Part shown: positions 18,768 to 29,097 of the stretch, piece by piece | Position numbering within the stretch: the first letter of the stretch is position 1 | Layout: each line of letters opens with the position of its first letter | Source: an uncultured cyanobacterium | GTDB taxonomy: Bacteria > Cyanobacteriota > Cyanobacteriia > Cyanobacteriales > Nostocaceae | Assembly: GCA_963740315.1 (NCBI GenBank) | Contig: CAVUDP010000001.1 | Location: 294,766-358,765, forward strand | Direction of reading: 5' to 3' | DNA: 64,000 nucleotides | Made by a program: the position numbers and the translations under genes | Notes under the pieces: generated by a model | Told to the model about the DNA's origin: nothing | Seen by the model: only the letters and a program-made list of their open reading frames with translations | Databases searched by the model: none

Positions 18768-19772
18768 CTATCCAAGGTTGGTTGGAAGTTGCGAGCGAGT
18801 AGATACATTCTTTTTGATAAATGATGCATATGTTTGAACTTGGTCAATTTTAAAACCCAAGCTGTAATATAGTCGTAAAGCTCGTTTATATGTGCGATTT
18901 GTACCAATAAAAAAGTATTTACTTGGCTCTCCAAAGTGATTCTTAAGCTTGTACATACAACGAATTGCTAAAAATCTTCCAAGCCCTTTACCGTAAAAAT
19001 CGGGTAATATTGCCAATTCTTCGATAGACATTTCGTTACCCCAAATACGTCCGTAACAAGAACCTATTATTCTTCCATCGCATTCTAATCCAACCCAACT
19101 TTTCACGGCATCTTTTTTGTCTTGAACATCCGTTAACTGCCATCTTGTGAATTCTCTTCGCTGTTCTATTTTTAGTAAAGGAAATCCATAATAATGTACG
19201 GCATAAGCCTTATTGTATAAATCAACGAACTCTGATAAACGATTTTTAGTAAAGGGAATTTCGTGAATATTTTTAGGTAGCTGGGGAAGCTCAAGTGTTT
19301 CAGTTATATTTTGGTTAGCAGTCATTGTTAACCTTGGTTCCATATCAAAACCTAGTTCGGGTAAAAGTCCTGCATAGTAAGCGTTATGAGATGGAACTTT
19401 TTCATGTATTACCATTACAAGTTCATCAGCAGGACTAACTTGAAGAAATTCAGTTTTAATCTGTTCAATTGCTGTTTTAACAATTTGATATCTATTAGAC
19501 CACGAAGAAGGGATTATATATTGAATACTTTGTTTCCCATAATTATTGATAAGACAGCGACAAAAAGCAGTTTGATTATTTTCAATTTCAATCAAATAAA
19601 GTGTATCATTATGTACAACTGTTTCATCATAGGGTATTTCAGAATAATTTTTAATAAATGCATCAACCTCATGGGGATGAAAACAAAGTATTGGAAATAT
19701 CTCATAAACTGTTTTTTTTAATTGCTGTAGATGCTCCGAGTATTCGCTTTCTTCTATTCTCTTTAAACTCAT
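18768..19772 (-). CDS. GNAT-family N-acetyltransferase (C-terminal GNAT domain, N-terminal domain unknown)
   Basis: LAILPDFYGKGLGRFLAIRCMY… and …RALRLYYSLGFKI match the acetyl-CoA binding motif. Confidence 0.7.
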   Translation of the reverse strand: MSLKRIEESEYSEHLQQLKKTVYEIFPILCFHPHEVDAFIKNYSEIPYDETVVHNDTLYLIEIENNQTAFCRCLINNYGKQSIQYIIPSSWSNRYQIVKTAIEQIKTEFLQVSPADELVMVIHEKVPSHNAYYAGLLPELGFDMEPRLTMTANQNITETLELPQLPKNIHEIPFTKNRLSEFVDLYNKAYAVHYYGFPLLKIEQRREFTRWQLTDVQDKKDAVKSWVGLECDGRIIGSCYGRIWGNEMSIEELAILPDFYGKGLGRFLAIRCMYKLKNHFGEPSKYFFIGTNRTYKRALRLYYSLGFKIDQVQTYASFIKKNVSTRSQLPTNLG

Positions 19773-19956
19773 AAAAATTATATATACTATTTTACTTTTG
19801 CATAATCATATAGCATTTGTTAAAAATGCACAATTTATAATAATTATAGTACTCATTTTTAATATCTATTTCAGATTTTAGTGAGATATCAATAACTAAA
19901 AAAATGGTGCGTTACGCTCCGCGATAACACACCCTACAAAATTCACTTATTATTAT

Positions 19957-22900
19957 TTATTCTTCAACAACTTTCCGCTCTGCTAAATACTCATACATTT
20001 TCCAACGCTGATTCACTTCTAATTCCGCTTCTTTCATCAATTTTTCTGCAATTTCAGGTTTACTTTTCTTCAACATTTTGAAGCGATTTTCTTTGTACAT
20101 TGATTCTTCTGGGGAATTTTTCGGCTCTCTCATATCTAGCTGCAAGGGATTTTTACCTTGTTTAACCAAGTCGGGATTGTAACGATAAAGCAACCATCTT
20201 CCCGATTCTACTAAGGCTTTTTGATTGCTCATTGCTGTACCCATATCTATTCCGTGAGCGATGCAATGGCTGTAAGCAATTATTAATGATGGTCCCTCAA
20301 ATGCTTCTGCTTCTAAAAATGCTTTGAGGGTATGTTCGTCTCTGGCTCCTAATGCTACGCTCGCTACGTAAATATTTCCGTATGTCATAGCAATCAATCC
20401 TAAGTCTTTTTTCGCTGCGGGCTTACCACTAGCGGCAAATTTGGCTACTGCTGCTTTGGGTGTTGATTTTGATGATTGTCCGCCGGTGTTGGAATACACT
20501 TCGGTATCCATGACCAAAACGTTTACATTACGACCGCTGGCAAGTACGTGATCTAATCCTCCAAAGTCGATGTCGTAAGCCCAACCATCTCCGCCAACTA
20601 TCCAAACGCTCTTTTTAACCAAATAATCAGCAAGTGATTTTAGATTTTGGATTTTGGATTTTGGATTAGTGGAGTTTTCTGACAATTTCTGCTTCAACAA
20701 CCCAACCCTTTCTCTTTGCTCCCAAATATCAGCTTCAGTTTTCTGAGATGCATTCAAAATTGATTCAGCTAAATCTGTAGAAATCAAACCTTGAGAAGCC
20801 AATTCCCGCAACAACTCCGCAGCATATTCCGCTTTCTTATCCACTGACAACCGGAAACCAAAACCGAATTCGGCGTTGTCTTCAAATAAACTATTTGACC
20901 AAGCCGGACCTCTTCCTTCAGCGTTTTTCGTCCAAGGAGTTGTCGGGAGGTTGCCACCGAAGATAGATGAGCATCCCGTAGCATTAGCAATGAGAGCGCG
21001 ATCGCCAAACAACTGACTCAGTAATTTTAAGTATGGTGTTTCGCCACATCCAGCACAAGCACCGGAAAATTCAAATAATGGTTCTTGCAGTTGCTGCTGG
21101 CGAATTTGATTTAATTTCAGTTTATTTCTGTCAGGATTCGGTATATTAAGGAAATAATCCCAGTTTTCTGTTTCTTGCTCTCGTAAAGGCAATTGTGGTT
21201 CCATATTAATTGCTTTACGTTCGGGATTATTCTTATCTTTCGCCGGACAAATATCAACACAAATAGTACATCCAGTACAGTCGGAAGGCGCTACTTGAAT
21301 AGTAAATTTCTCTCCTGCAAAGGCTTTATCTCTAGCATCAGTAAATTTAAAAGTTGCCGGAGCATTACTTAATTCACCTTCCTGATAAACCTTAGCGCGA
21401 ATCGCAGCATGAGGACAAACCATAACGCACTTACCGCACTGAACGCAGACATCCGCTTCCCAAACAGGAATCTCTTGAGCTACGTTGCGTTTTTCTAATT
21501 TGGATGTACCAGTAGGGAAAGTACCGTCAGCATTTAATAATGCACTTACGGGTAATTCGTTTCCTCTTCCAGTCATCATTTTTTGCAGCGTAGATTCTGG
21601 GAGACGTAGCAGTGCTACGTCTCTACACCCAATTTCGGATTTGTTAATTTCAACTTTATGCAAGTTTTCCAGGGTATTATCTACAGCTTGCAGATTCATT
21701 GCAACGATTTTATCGCCTTTTTTACCGTAAGTCTTTTTAATAGAATATTTAATTTTTTCTATGGCTTCATCTTGCGGTAAAACACCATTCTTAGCAAAGA
21801 AACAGGTTTGCATTATGGTATTGATTCTTCTACCCATACCGCTGTCACGAGCAACTTTATCGGCATTAATAACGTAAAACTTCAGTTGCTTATCGATAAT
21901 TTTTTGCTGTATATTCGCGGGAAGTTGTTCCCATACGGTATCCGGATCGTAGGGACTGTTTAATAAGAATGTTGCACCAGTTACGGCACTTTTCAATACA
22001 TCAACTTTTTCTAAAAACGTCCATTGATGACAACCGATAAAATTCGCTTTGTCTATTAAATATGTAGAGCGAATAAACTGAGAACCAAAACGCAAGTGAG
22101 AAACCGTCATCGAACCCGATTTCTTTGAATCATAGACAAAATAGCCTTGAGCGTAATTGTCTGTTTCCTCACCAATAATTTTGATAGAGTTCTTATTTGC
22201 TCCGACAGTTCCATCCGAACCCAAACCGTAAAACATCGCTCTGACAACGTTATCGGCTTCTGTAGAAAAGCTCGAATCGTAATCTAAAGAGGTATGAGTT
22301 AAGTCATCGTTAATACCAACAGTAAAATTATTCTGCGGTTTTTCCTTAGCTAAATTATCGTAAATAGCCAGCACCATCGCTGGGGTAAATTCTTTAGAAG
22401 AAAGTCCGTAACGCCCACCAACTATTTTAGGAAAACTCCCCTTATCCCAAGCTTGATAAATCGCCGTCACAACATCCAAATACAGCGGCTCCCCAGCGCT
22501 ACCGGGTTCTTTAGTACGATCCAAAACGGCGATCGCACTCACCGTATCAGGCAAAGCTTGGATAAGTTGATGTGCGTCAAAGGGACGGAATAACCTAACT
22601 TTGACAACACCTAACTTTTCACCGCGAGCATTGAGATAATCGATAGTTTCGTGTACCGTCTCGCAACCCGAACCCATCAAAACTATTACCCGCTCGGCAT
22701 CTGGGGCACCGTAATATTCAAAAATCCGATAATGCCTACCAGTGCGATCGCCAAATTTATCCATTACTTCTTGGACAATTCCAGGGCAAGCATCATAATA
22801 AGGATTGATCCGTTCGCGGGCTTGGAAATAAACATCGGGATTTTGTGCAGTACCGCGCATAACTGGGTTATCGGGAGTTAATGCGCGGCTTCTGTGGGCA

Positions 22901-23499
22901 AATACTAATTCATCATCAATTAAAGCCTCCAAATCTTCTTTTTGTAAAAGTTCTACCTTTTGAATTTCATGGGAAGTGCGGAAACCGTCGAAAAAGTGCA
23001 GAAATGGAACTCTGGCTTTGAGAGTCGCAGCTTGAGCAATCAGAGCAAAATCGTGTGCCTCCTGTACCGAAGCCGAACACAACATCGCGAAACCCGTAGC
23101 GCGAGCCGCCATTACATCACTTTGATCGCCAAAAATCGAGAGAGCATGAGTAGCCAGGGAACGCGCTGCAACATGGATAACGGCGCTGGTGAGTTCCCCG
23201 GCAATTTTGTACAGGTTGGGAATCATCAACAGCAAACCTTGAGATGCAGTGAAAGTAGTAGTCAGCGAACCCGTTTGTAAAGCACCGTGTACCGCAGCCG
23301 CAGCACCACCTTCGCTTTGCATCTCAACCACGCTGGGAACAGTACCCCACAGATTGCGATTACCAAGCGCAGCCCAAGCATCAGCCCATTCCCCCATTGA
23401 GGAAGAAGGAGTAATAGGATAAATCGCAATAACTTCATTTAAAGGGTAAGCAACCCGAGCAACCGCTTCATTTCCATCAATTGTTGCAAATTTGTTCAT
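19957..23499 (-). CDS. nifJ: Pyruvate:ferredoxin (flavodoxin) oxidoreductase
   Basis: 1180 aa. N-terminus MNKFATIDGNEAVARVAYPLNEVIAIYPITPSS. Two 4Fe-4S motifs CVQCGKCVMVCPHAAIR and CTGCTICVDICP. TPP-binding domain GGDGWAYDIG. Confidence 0.92.
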   Translation of the reverse strand: MNKFATIDGNEAVARVAYPLNEVIAIYPITPSSSMGEWADAWAALGNRNLWGTVPSVVEMQSEGGAAAAVHGALQTGSLTTTFTASQGLLLMIPNLYKIAGELTSAVIHVAARSLATHALSIFGDQSDVMAARATGFAMLCSASVQEAHDFALIAQAATLKARVPFLHFFDGFRTSHEIQKVELLQKEDLEALIDDELVFAHRSRALTPDNPVMRGTAQNPDVYFQARERINPYYDACPGIVQEVMDKFGDRTGRHYRIFEYYGAPDAERVIVLMGSGCETVHETIDYLNARGEKLGVVKVRLFRPFDAHQLIQALPDTVSAIAVLDRTKEPGSAGEPLYLDVVTAIYQAWDKGSFPKIVGGRYGLSSKEFTPAMVLAIYDNLAKEKPQNNFTVGINDDLTHTSLDYDSSFSTEADNVVRAMFYGLGSDGTVGANKNSIKIIGEETDNYAQGYFVYDSKKSGSMTVSHLRFGSQFIRSTYLIDKANFIGCHQWTFLEKVDVLKSAVTGATFLLNSPYDPDTVWEQLPANIQQKIIDKQLKFYVINADKVARDSGMGRRINTIMQTCFFAKNGVLPQDEAIEKIKYSIKKTYGKKGDKIVAMNLQAVDNTLENLHKVEINKSEIGCRDVALLRLPESTLQKMMTGRGNELPVSALLNADGTFPTGTSKLEKRNVAQEIPVWEADVCVQCGKCVMVCPHAAIRAKVYQEGELSNAPATFKFTDARDKAFAGEKFTIQVAPSDCTGCTICVDICPAKDKNNPERKAINMEPQLPLREQETENWDYFLNIPNPDRNKLKLNQIRQQQLQEPLFEFSGACAGCGETPYLKLLSQLFGDRALIANATGCSSIFGGNLPTTPWTKNAEGRGPAWSNSLFEDNAEFGFGFRLSVDKKAEYAAELLRELASQGLISTDLAESILNASQKTEADIWEQRERVGLLKQKLSENSTNPKSKIQNLKSLADYLVKKSVWIVGGDGWAYDIDFGGLDHVLASGRNVNVLVMDTEVYSNTGGQSSKSTPKAAVAKFAASGKPAAKKDLGLIAMTYGNIYVASVALGARDEHTLKAFLEAEAFEGPSLIIAYSHCIAHGIDMGTAMSNQKALVESGRWLLYRYNPDLVKQGKNPLQLDMREPKNSPEESMYKENRFKMLKKSKPEIAEKLMKEAELEVNQRWKMYEYLAERKVVEE
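21601..21623. repeat. Palindromic element GAGACGTAGCAGTGCTACGTCTC embedded in-frame in nifJ (encodes …CRDVALLRL…)
   Basis: The same perfect palindrome (with TGTA/TACA extensions) occurs intergenically at 32807-32834, 47090-47116 and 54674-54704. A degenerate copy is at 38971-39000. Confidence 0.75.
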
Positions 23500-24211
23500 A
23501 ATTTTTTCTATAAATAAGATTAAGGGAATTGGGGATTGGGAATAGGGAGTAGTGCGTTAGCCGCACAGTAAGGTGAACGCGTAGCGTGTCCTCTTAGGAC
23601 AGCATCTTGCTCGCTGGCATACCTGACAAGATGCTATTACTAGCGAGCATCTTGCTCGCACTATTTTATAGATATAAATAAACATAATTTTTTTTACAAC
23701 TGATTTAGGATTGCTATATATTTAGAAATAATTTTAAAGTCAAAGTTTTAATTACTATCGATAAAATAAACCCTGATGTATTAATATCTCATTCTAAGTA
23801 ATGGCAATATTCATACTTATTATGTTCTGTACTCAAGATAAAAAAGTTTGATATCAAGGGCTTTCTATTAATTTATGAAAAAAAAATAGGGGTATGGGTT
23901 CGGGTATTTTTATAACAATATAAGTATCCAAAATAATAATCTTGAATTGAAAAATGTTATTTCTAAACTCGTTTACAGGCTCAGCCTGGAAACGCATATC
24001 AGGAGGCTCTGCCTCCAAGATCGATCGGGAAGCAGAGCCTAAAGACAAGCATTACAGGGTAGAACCTTGCAACGAGAAGTTTTTTGGTCAAAAAAATCAT
24101 AAAACCTAGAGAATATCAAAAAGTTAATAAATACGAACGTTGTTGTAACAAATACTGGCGAATTTATAATTATTACACTATATTATTGTCACTCCAGTTT
24201 TATCATCTGAA

Positions 24212-25972
24212 ATGAAAAGTTATCGGCAACCGCAAAAAAGATTTTTTTATTTTGTTGCGTCTATTATTCTGTATTTTTTACTTACTATTGTTCCCTTTTC
24301 GCCAACTCACGCTCAAGTACCTATTCCCACACCGACACCAACCCCCGCTACCACTTCGGTAAATAAAGGGGCACCTGTAGAGCTTGGAGGAGAAGAACTT
24401 TTTAACATTCGCGCTGGAGTAGGAGCATTTTCTCCGGAAGAGCGTGCTGAAGCCGTAAGCAATCGTATTCTCAAACTTGCGGACGATCCAACAATTCCAG
24501 CAGATAGAATTACAATCGATGACCAACCTTTAACTACTAATTTAACCGTAGATAATCGCGTACTGTTAACTATAACAGATGGAGATGCAAGAGTCGCCGA
24601 CCAACCCCGACAAGAATTAGCTAGAAACTACCAAGAAAAAATTCAAAACACAATAACACAATATCGCATCGAACGCAGTCCCGATTACATTCGTCAAGCA
24701 ATATTTAATAGCGCGATCGCAACAGTTCTTCTGATAGGAACTTTAATTTTATTTGCGATAATCTTTCCTTGGCTTTATCGAAAAGTAAACAATTTACAAA
24801 GTACGCGATTTCCAACAATCAGAATACAAAACTTTGAGCTATTAACAGCTACCCGAATTCATCGAATATTAATTGGTTTACTCAAATTAATCAGGTTTGT
24901 ATTAACCTTGGGCGCACTTGTAATCTACGTACCCTTGGTAATGAGTTTCTTCCCTTTGACAAGACAAATTAGTTTAAGGGTATTCAGATATTTTTTGCTA
25001 GCAGCAGAAACTTCTTGGGAAGCATTTCTCAGTTATTTACCGAATCTTTTTGCCCTTAGCATTATTCTTTTCATTACTTTCTACTTGATTAAGTTAATGA
25101 GGAATTTCTTTACCTCTATAGGTAACGGAACTTTAACTGTTCAAGGATTTTATCCAGAATGGGCGGAACCGACTTTTAAACTATCGGTATTTTTAATTGT
25201 AATTCTTGCAGCGGTAATTGCTTTTCCTTATCTACCAGGATTTGGTTCACCAGCATTTCAAGGAATATCGCTGTTTTTGGGTTTACTCTTATCTTTGGGT
25301 TCTAGCGTCGTAGTAGCCAACGTTGTCGCCGGAATTATCTTAATTTACACCCGTGCTTTTCAGATTGGAGACAGAATAAAAATTGGTGATGCTATTGGTG
25401 ACGTTGTAGAAAAAACTTTATTTGTTACCCGTATGCGTACTGTTAAAAACGTAATTATTACCCTTCCTAATACCAGCGTTTTTACCAGTCAAATAGTTAA
25501 CTATACCGCTGCCGAATTAGATCCCAACCAGGCACCATTAATCTTACATACCACCATAACTTTGGGTTATGACGTACCCTGGCGCAAAGTACATCAAGTA
25601 TTAGTTGACGCGGCAAAATCTACCACAAATCTTCTTTCCGAACCAGATCCTTTTGTATTGCAAACTAGTTTAGATGACTTTTATGTAAGTTACGAATTGA
25701 ATGCTTTTACTCGCAATCCGAGTATAATGGCTCGCATTTATTCGGAACTGCATCAAAACATTCAAGATAAATGTAACGAAGCAGGAATTGAAATTCTTTC
25801 ACCACATTATTCAGCCGTGCGAGATGGAAGTCAAACTACAATTCCAGAAGACTATCTTCCGAAGAATTATACGACACCTGGCTGGGGAATTTTCCCTCAA
25901 GGAAGCATACTTGATTTATTGAATAATAATCATAATTCAAATCAAAATCAATCGAAAGAAGGTAAAGAGTAG
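24212..25972 (+). CDS. Mechanosensitive ion channel family protein (MscS-like, large)
   Basis: Multiple TM helices followed by FQIGDRIKIGDAIGDVVEKTLFVTRMRT…ITLPN, the MscS beta-domain signature. Confidence 0.85.
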   Translation: MKSYRQPQKRFFYFVASIILYFLLTIVPFSPTHAQVPIPTPTPTPATTSVNKGAPVELGGEELFNIRAGVGAFSPEERAEAVSNRILKLADDPTIPADRITIDDQPLTTNLTVDNRVLLTITDGDARVADQPRQELARNYQEKIQNTITQYRIERSPDYIRQAIFNSAIATVLLIGTLILFAIIFPWLYRKVNNLQSTRFPTIRIQNFELLTATRIHRILIGLLKLIRFVLTLGALVIYVPLVMSFFPLTRQISLRVFRYFLLAAETSWEAFLSYLPNLFALSIILFITFYLIKLMRNFFTSIGNGTLTVQGFYPEWAEPTFKLSVFLIVILAAVIAFPYLPGFGSPAFQGISLFLGLLLSLGSSVVVANVVAGIILIYTRAFQIGDRIKIGDAIGDVVEKTLFVTRMRTVKNVIITLPNTSVFTSQIVNYTAAELDPNQAPLILHTTITLGYDVPWRKVHQVLVDAAKSTTNLLSEPDPFVLQTSLDDFYVSYELNAFTRNPSIMARIYSELHQNIQDKCNEAGIEILSPHYSAVRDGSQTTIPEDYLPKNYTTPGWGIFPQGSILDLLNNNHNSNQNQSKEGKE

Positions 25973-25975
25973 GTT

Positions 25976-26118
25976 TTTGTTTGTAGTAAGGACTTTAGTC
26001 CTTTTAAGGAGAGGACTGAAGTCCTTACTACGAACCCGAACGATTTATTTTGTTATTGTTTGTAGTAAAGGCATTATTTATTTTTAAAGAGAGGACTGAA
26101 GTCCTTACTACGAACCTT
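25976..26118. repeat. Two inverted-repeat copies of the GTAGTAAGGACT…AGTCCTTACTAC family
   Basis: gtagtaaggactttagtcctt…gaggactgaagtccttactacgaacc appears twice. Confidence 0.8.
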
Positions 26119-26234
26119 AAATGATATTTAATTTGTGTAAATTATAATTAGATTATAAGGTAACACAAAGCTTTTATATTTTTAAATCTAAAATCCAAAT
26201 TTCTAAATTAACTCTTATTCTTAACTAAATAAAA

Positions 26235-27152
26235 ATGACCAACTCACTTACAAATATTCAAAGCTGGCTATCCGATCCTACTATTAGCAGATTAATTGAA
26301 GTTGCCATCGGCATTGTAATTATTGCATTAGTTTTCCGGTTTATTAGCCAATCTTTACCGCGCTACATTCAAGACTCTGATACTCGTTACCGAACCCGTA
26401 AAGCTATTAGTTTTATCGGATACGTAACAATGCTGCTGTTTGCAGTTTTTGTATTTAGCGATCGCCCGGGGCAATTTACAGTAATCTTCGGTGTAGTCGG
26501 TGCGGGTATCGCTTTTGCACTACAAGAGGTAATCGGTAGTTTTGCTGGTTGGGTGGCAATTTCTTTTGGTCAATTTTATAAGCCAGGAGATAGAGTACAG
26601 TTAGGCGGTATCATGGGCGATGTGATTGACATCAGCATTTTGCGAACCACTTTAATGGAATGTGGTGACTGGGTAAAAGCCGATTTATATAATGGACGTA
26701 TTGTCAGAATTGCTAACAGCTTTGTATTCAAAGAACCCGTATATAACTATTCGGCAGACTTTGCTTTTCTTTGGGATGAAATTACCGTACCTGTAAAGTA
26801 TGGTAGCGAACATAAATTAGCAAGAGAAATTTTAGAGAAAGTAGCGTTTGAAGTTACTAGTGAATATATTCCTCAAGCCAAACAACAATGGCATCAAATG
26901 ACGAACAAATACTTAATTGAAGATGCACGAATAGAACCAATAGTTACTTTAATAGCTAACGATAACTGGATGCAGTTTACAATTCGTTATCCTGTAAGTT
27001 ACAAAAAGCGCCGCATTAAGAAAGACCAACTATTTACTCGGATTCTCGATGAATTTGAAAACACCAACGGACGAGTTACATTTGCTTCCGCAACTTTCGA
27101 GCTTGTAGAAGCCCCTACATTTAACGTCAGATTGACAGATAAAGTCATTTAG
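26235..27152 (+). CDS. Mechanosensitive ion channel family protein (MscS-like, small)
   Basis: YKPGDRVQLGGIMGDVIDISILRTTL… MscS signature after 3 TM helices. Confidence 0.8.
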   Translation: MTNSLTNIQSWLSDPTISRLIEVAIGIVIIALVFRFISQSLPRYIQDSDTRYRTRKAISFIGYVTMLLFAVFVFSDRPGQFTVIFGVVGAGIAFALQEVIGSFAGWVAISFGQFYKPGDRVQLGGIMGDVIDISILRTTLMECGDWVKADLYNGRIVRIANSFVFKEPVYNYSADFAFLWDEITVPVKYGSEHKLAREILEKVAFEVTSEYIPQAKQQWHQMTNKYLIEDARIEPIVTLIANDNWMQFTIRYPVSYKKRRIKKDQLFTRILDEFENTNGRVTFASATFELVEAPTFNVRLTDKVI

Positions 27153-27234
27153 AAACCTGCCTCTTCAATATAGAAATGCTATGGTTAGAATAAAGATAAA
27201 ATCCTACACATTCTAATACTAATAGGAGACGATC

Positions 27235-27393
27235 GTGGATTTAATTCGCATAATTTGTGCTATTTTCCTTCCCCCTTTAGGAGTATTTTTACAGGTTGGT
27301 ATCGGTACTGACTTTTGGATTAATATTGTTTTAACCTTGTTAGGATATTTTCCTGGAATTATTCACGCAGTTTGGGTAATTGCGAGAAAATGA
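27235..27393 (+). CDS. Pmp3/YqaE (UPF0057) family small membrane proteolipid, 52 aa, GTG start
   Basis: Manual translation gives VDLIRIICAIFLPPLGVFLQVGIGTDFWINIVLTLLGYFPGIIHAVWVIARK. This is a two-TM Pmp3-type motif. It is missing from the ORF track. Confidence 0.6.
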   Translation: MDLIRIICAIFLPPLGVFLQVGIGTDFWINIVLTLLGYFPGIIHAVWVIARK

Positions 27394-27468
27394 AAAATTA
27401 ATAATTATAAAAGATAGAAGAAAGAGTAAAAAATTACTGTTTCCTTCTATTTTTTTATGTAACATTAC

Positions 27469-29031
27469 TTAGCCAAACCCACCACCACCAGGGGTTTCGA
27501 TCGCAAAAACATCCCCAGCTTTCATTTCTACTGTTGCGGTACTATCTAGTATTTCCTCGCTTCCATCTTTACGTATTACCAAGTTACGCCCAACTTTTCC
27601 CGCATTTCCATTATTTAAACCAAAGGGAGATATCAAACGATGACTGCAAAGAATATTCGCTGTCATATTTTCTAAAAATTGGATGCGACGAATCACGCCA
27701 TTACCACCCGAATGTTTTCCCTTACCACCGCTACCGAGACGCAAACTAAAGTTTTCTAAAAGTACGGGATATCGCGTTTCTAATACTTCGGGATCGGTTA
27801 AGCGCGAATTCGTCATGTGAGTTTGCACCGCATCCGTACCGTCAAAGTCTGCACCAGCACCGGAGCCACCACATATTGTTTCATAATATTGATAGTTTTC
27901 GTTGCCGAAAGTAAAATTATTCATCGTACCTTGGGAACCAGCCATTACACCCAAAGCACCATACAAAGCATCGACAATAGTTTGGGAAGTTTCCACATTA
28001 CCCGCGACTACTGCTGCTGGATAAGTTGGGTTGAGCATACAGCCTTGGGGAATGATAATTTCTAAAGGGTTAAGACAACCTGCGTTGAGAGGAATATTAT
28101 CATTAACTAAGGTGCGGAAGACATATAAAACGGCGGCTTGAGTTACAGCTTTGGGAGCATTAAAGTTACTATTTAGCTGTTTGGATGTGCCGGTAAAATC
28201 TATTATTGCACTGCGATTTTCTTTATTGATAGTAACTTTAACTTGAATTTTCGCGCCGCTATCCATTTCATAACTAAACGAACCATCTTTTAAAACATCA
28301 ATTGCTTTTCGTACCGCTTCTTCGGCATTATCCTGGACAAATCGCATATAATCTTGTACTACTTCCAAGCTATATTGCTCAACCATTTTGAGTAATTCTT
28401 GAACGCCGCGATTGTTGGCCGCAATTTGTGCTTTAAAATCAGCTATATTTTGGTCGGGATTTCTGGCTGGATAAGTATGATTTGCAAGTATTTCCCTCAC
28501 CGCATCTTCTCGAAAATTACCTGATTCAACCAAAAGAAAATTATCAAATAAAATTCCTTCCTCTTCTATAGTCTTACTATGAGGAGGCATGGAGCCGGGT
28601 GTAATTCCGCCGATATCCGCTTGATGTCCCCTCGAAGCAACGTAAAAAATGGGAGTGTCGGAAGAAAAAACGGGGGTAATTGCTGTTACATCGGGAAGAT
28701 GAGTTCCGCCGTTATAAGGGTTATTTGATAAATAGACATTTCCCGGTTTTAAACTGTCGCCTTTATCAACGATCAAACTGCGGACGCTTTCACTCATTGA
28801 ACCCAAATGTACGGGAATATGAGGAGCATTTGCAACTAACAAACCTGAAGAATCAAAGATTGCACAGGAAAAGTCTAAACGTTCTTTGATATTTACCGAT
28901 GCTGCGGTATTTTGCAGCACGATTCCCATTTGTTCGGCAATAAATTGATAGAGATTTTTGAAGATTTCTAAGCGAACTGGGTCGGGTTTTGATGTTTTAT
29001 GCATGGTTAATTGTTTATAACTGTGACTCAA
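27469..29031 (-). CDS. hyuB: Hydantoinase B/oxoprolinase family protein (HyuB-like)
   Basis: N-terminal [44 protein letters not shown] is characteristic of hydantoinase_B. Confidence 0.85.
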   Translation of the reverse strand: MSHSYKQLTMHKTSKPDPVRLEIFKNLYQFIAEQMGIVLQNTAASVNIKERLDFSCAIFDSSGLLVANAPHIPVHLGSMSESVRSLIVDKGDSLKPGNVYLSNNPYNGGTHLPDVTAITPVFSSDTPIFYVASRGHQADIGGITPGSMPPHSKTIEEEGILFDNFLLVESGNFREDAVREILANHTYPARNPDQNIADFKAQIAANNRGVQELLKMVEQYSLEVVQDYMRFVQDNAEEAVRKAIDVLKDGSFSYEMDSGAKIQVKVTINKENRSAIIDFTGTSKQLNSNFNAPKAVTQAAVLYVFRTLVNDNIPLNAGCLNPLEIIIPQGCMLNPTYPAAVVAGNVETSQTIVDALYGALGVMAGSQGTMNNFTFGNENYQYYETICGGSGAGADFDGTDAVQTHMTNSRLTDPEVLETRYPVLLENFSLRLGSGGKGKHSGGNGVIRRIQFLENMTANILCSHRLISPFGLNNGNAGKVGRNLVIRKDGSEEILDSTATVEMKAGDVFAIETPGGGGFG

Positions 29032-29089
29032 AGTTCGTAGTAAGGGCTTTAGCCCTTAAATCGGAGGGCTTAAGCCCTTACTACAAACC
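29032..29089. repeat. GTAGTAAGGGCTTTAGCCCTTA palindromic repeat pair between the hyuB start and the phosphatase gene end
   Basis: Two hairpins on shared stems (taagggctttagccctta and agggcttaagccct). Confidence 0.75.
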
Positions 29090-29097
29090 TATATTAA

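Noticed and set aside
19386-19721. 111-aa plus-strand ORF inside the GNAT gene
   Set aside because: Antisense to the GNAT CDS. Phe/Ile/Asn-rich because of AT-rich DNA.
20784-23280. Several ORFs (20784-21008, 21485-21730, 22651-22881, 22960-23280) inside nifJ
   Set aside because: All are overlapped by the 1180-aa PFOR CDS, whose conservation is end-to-end.
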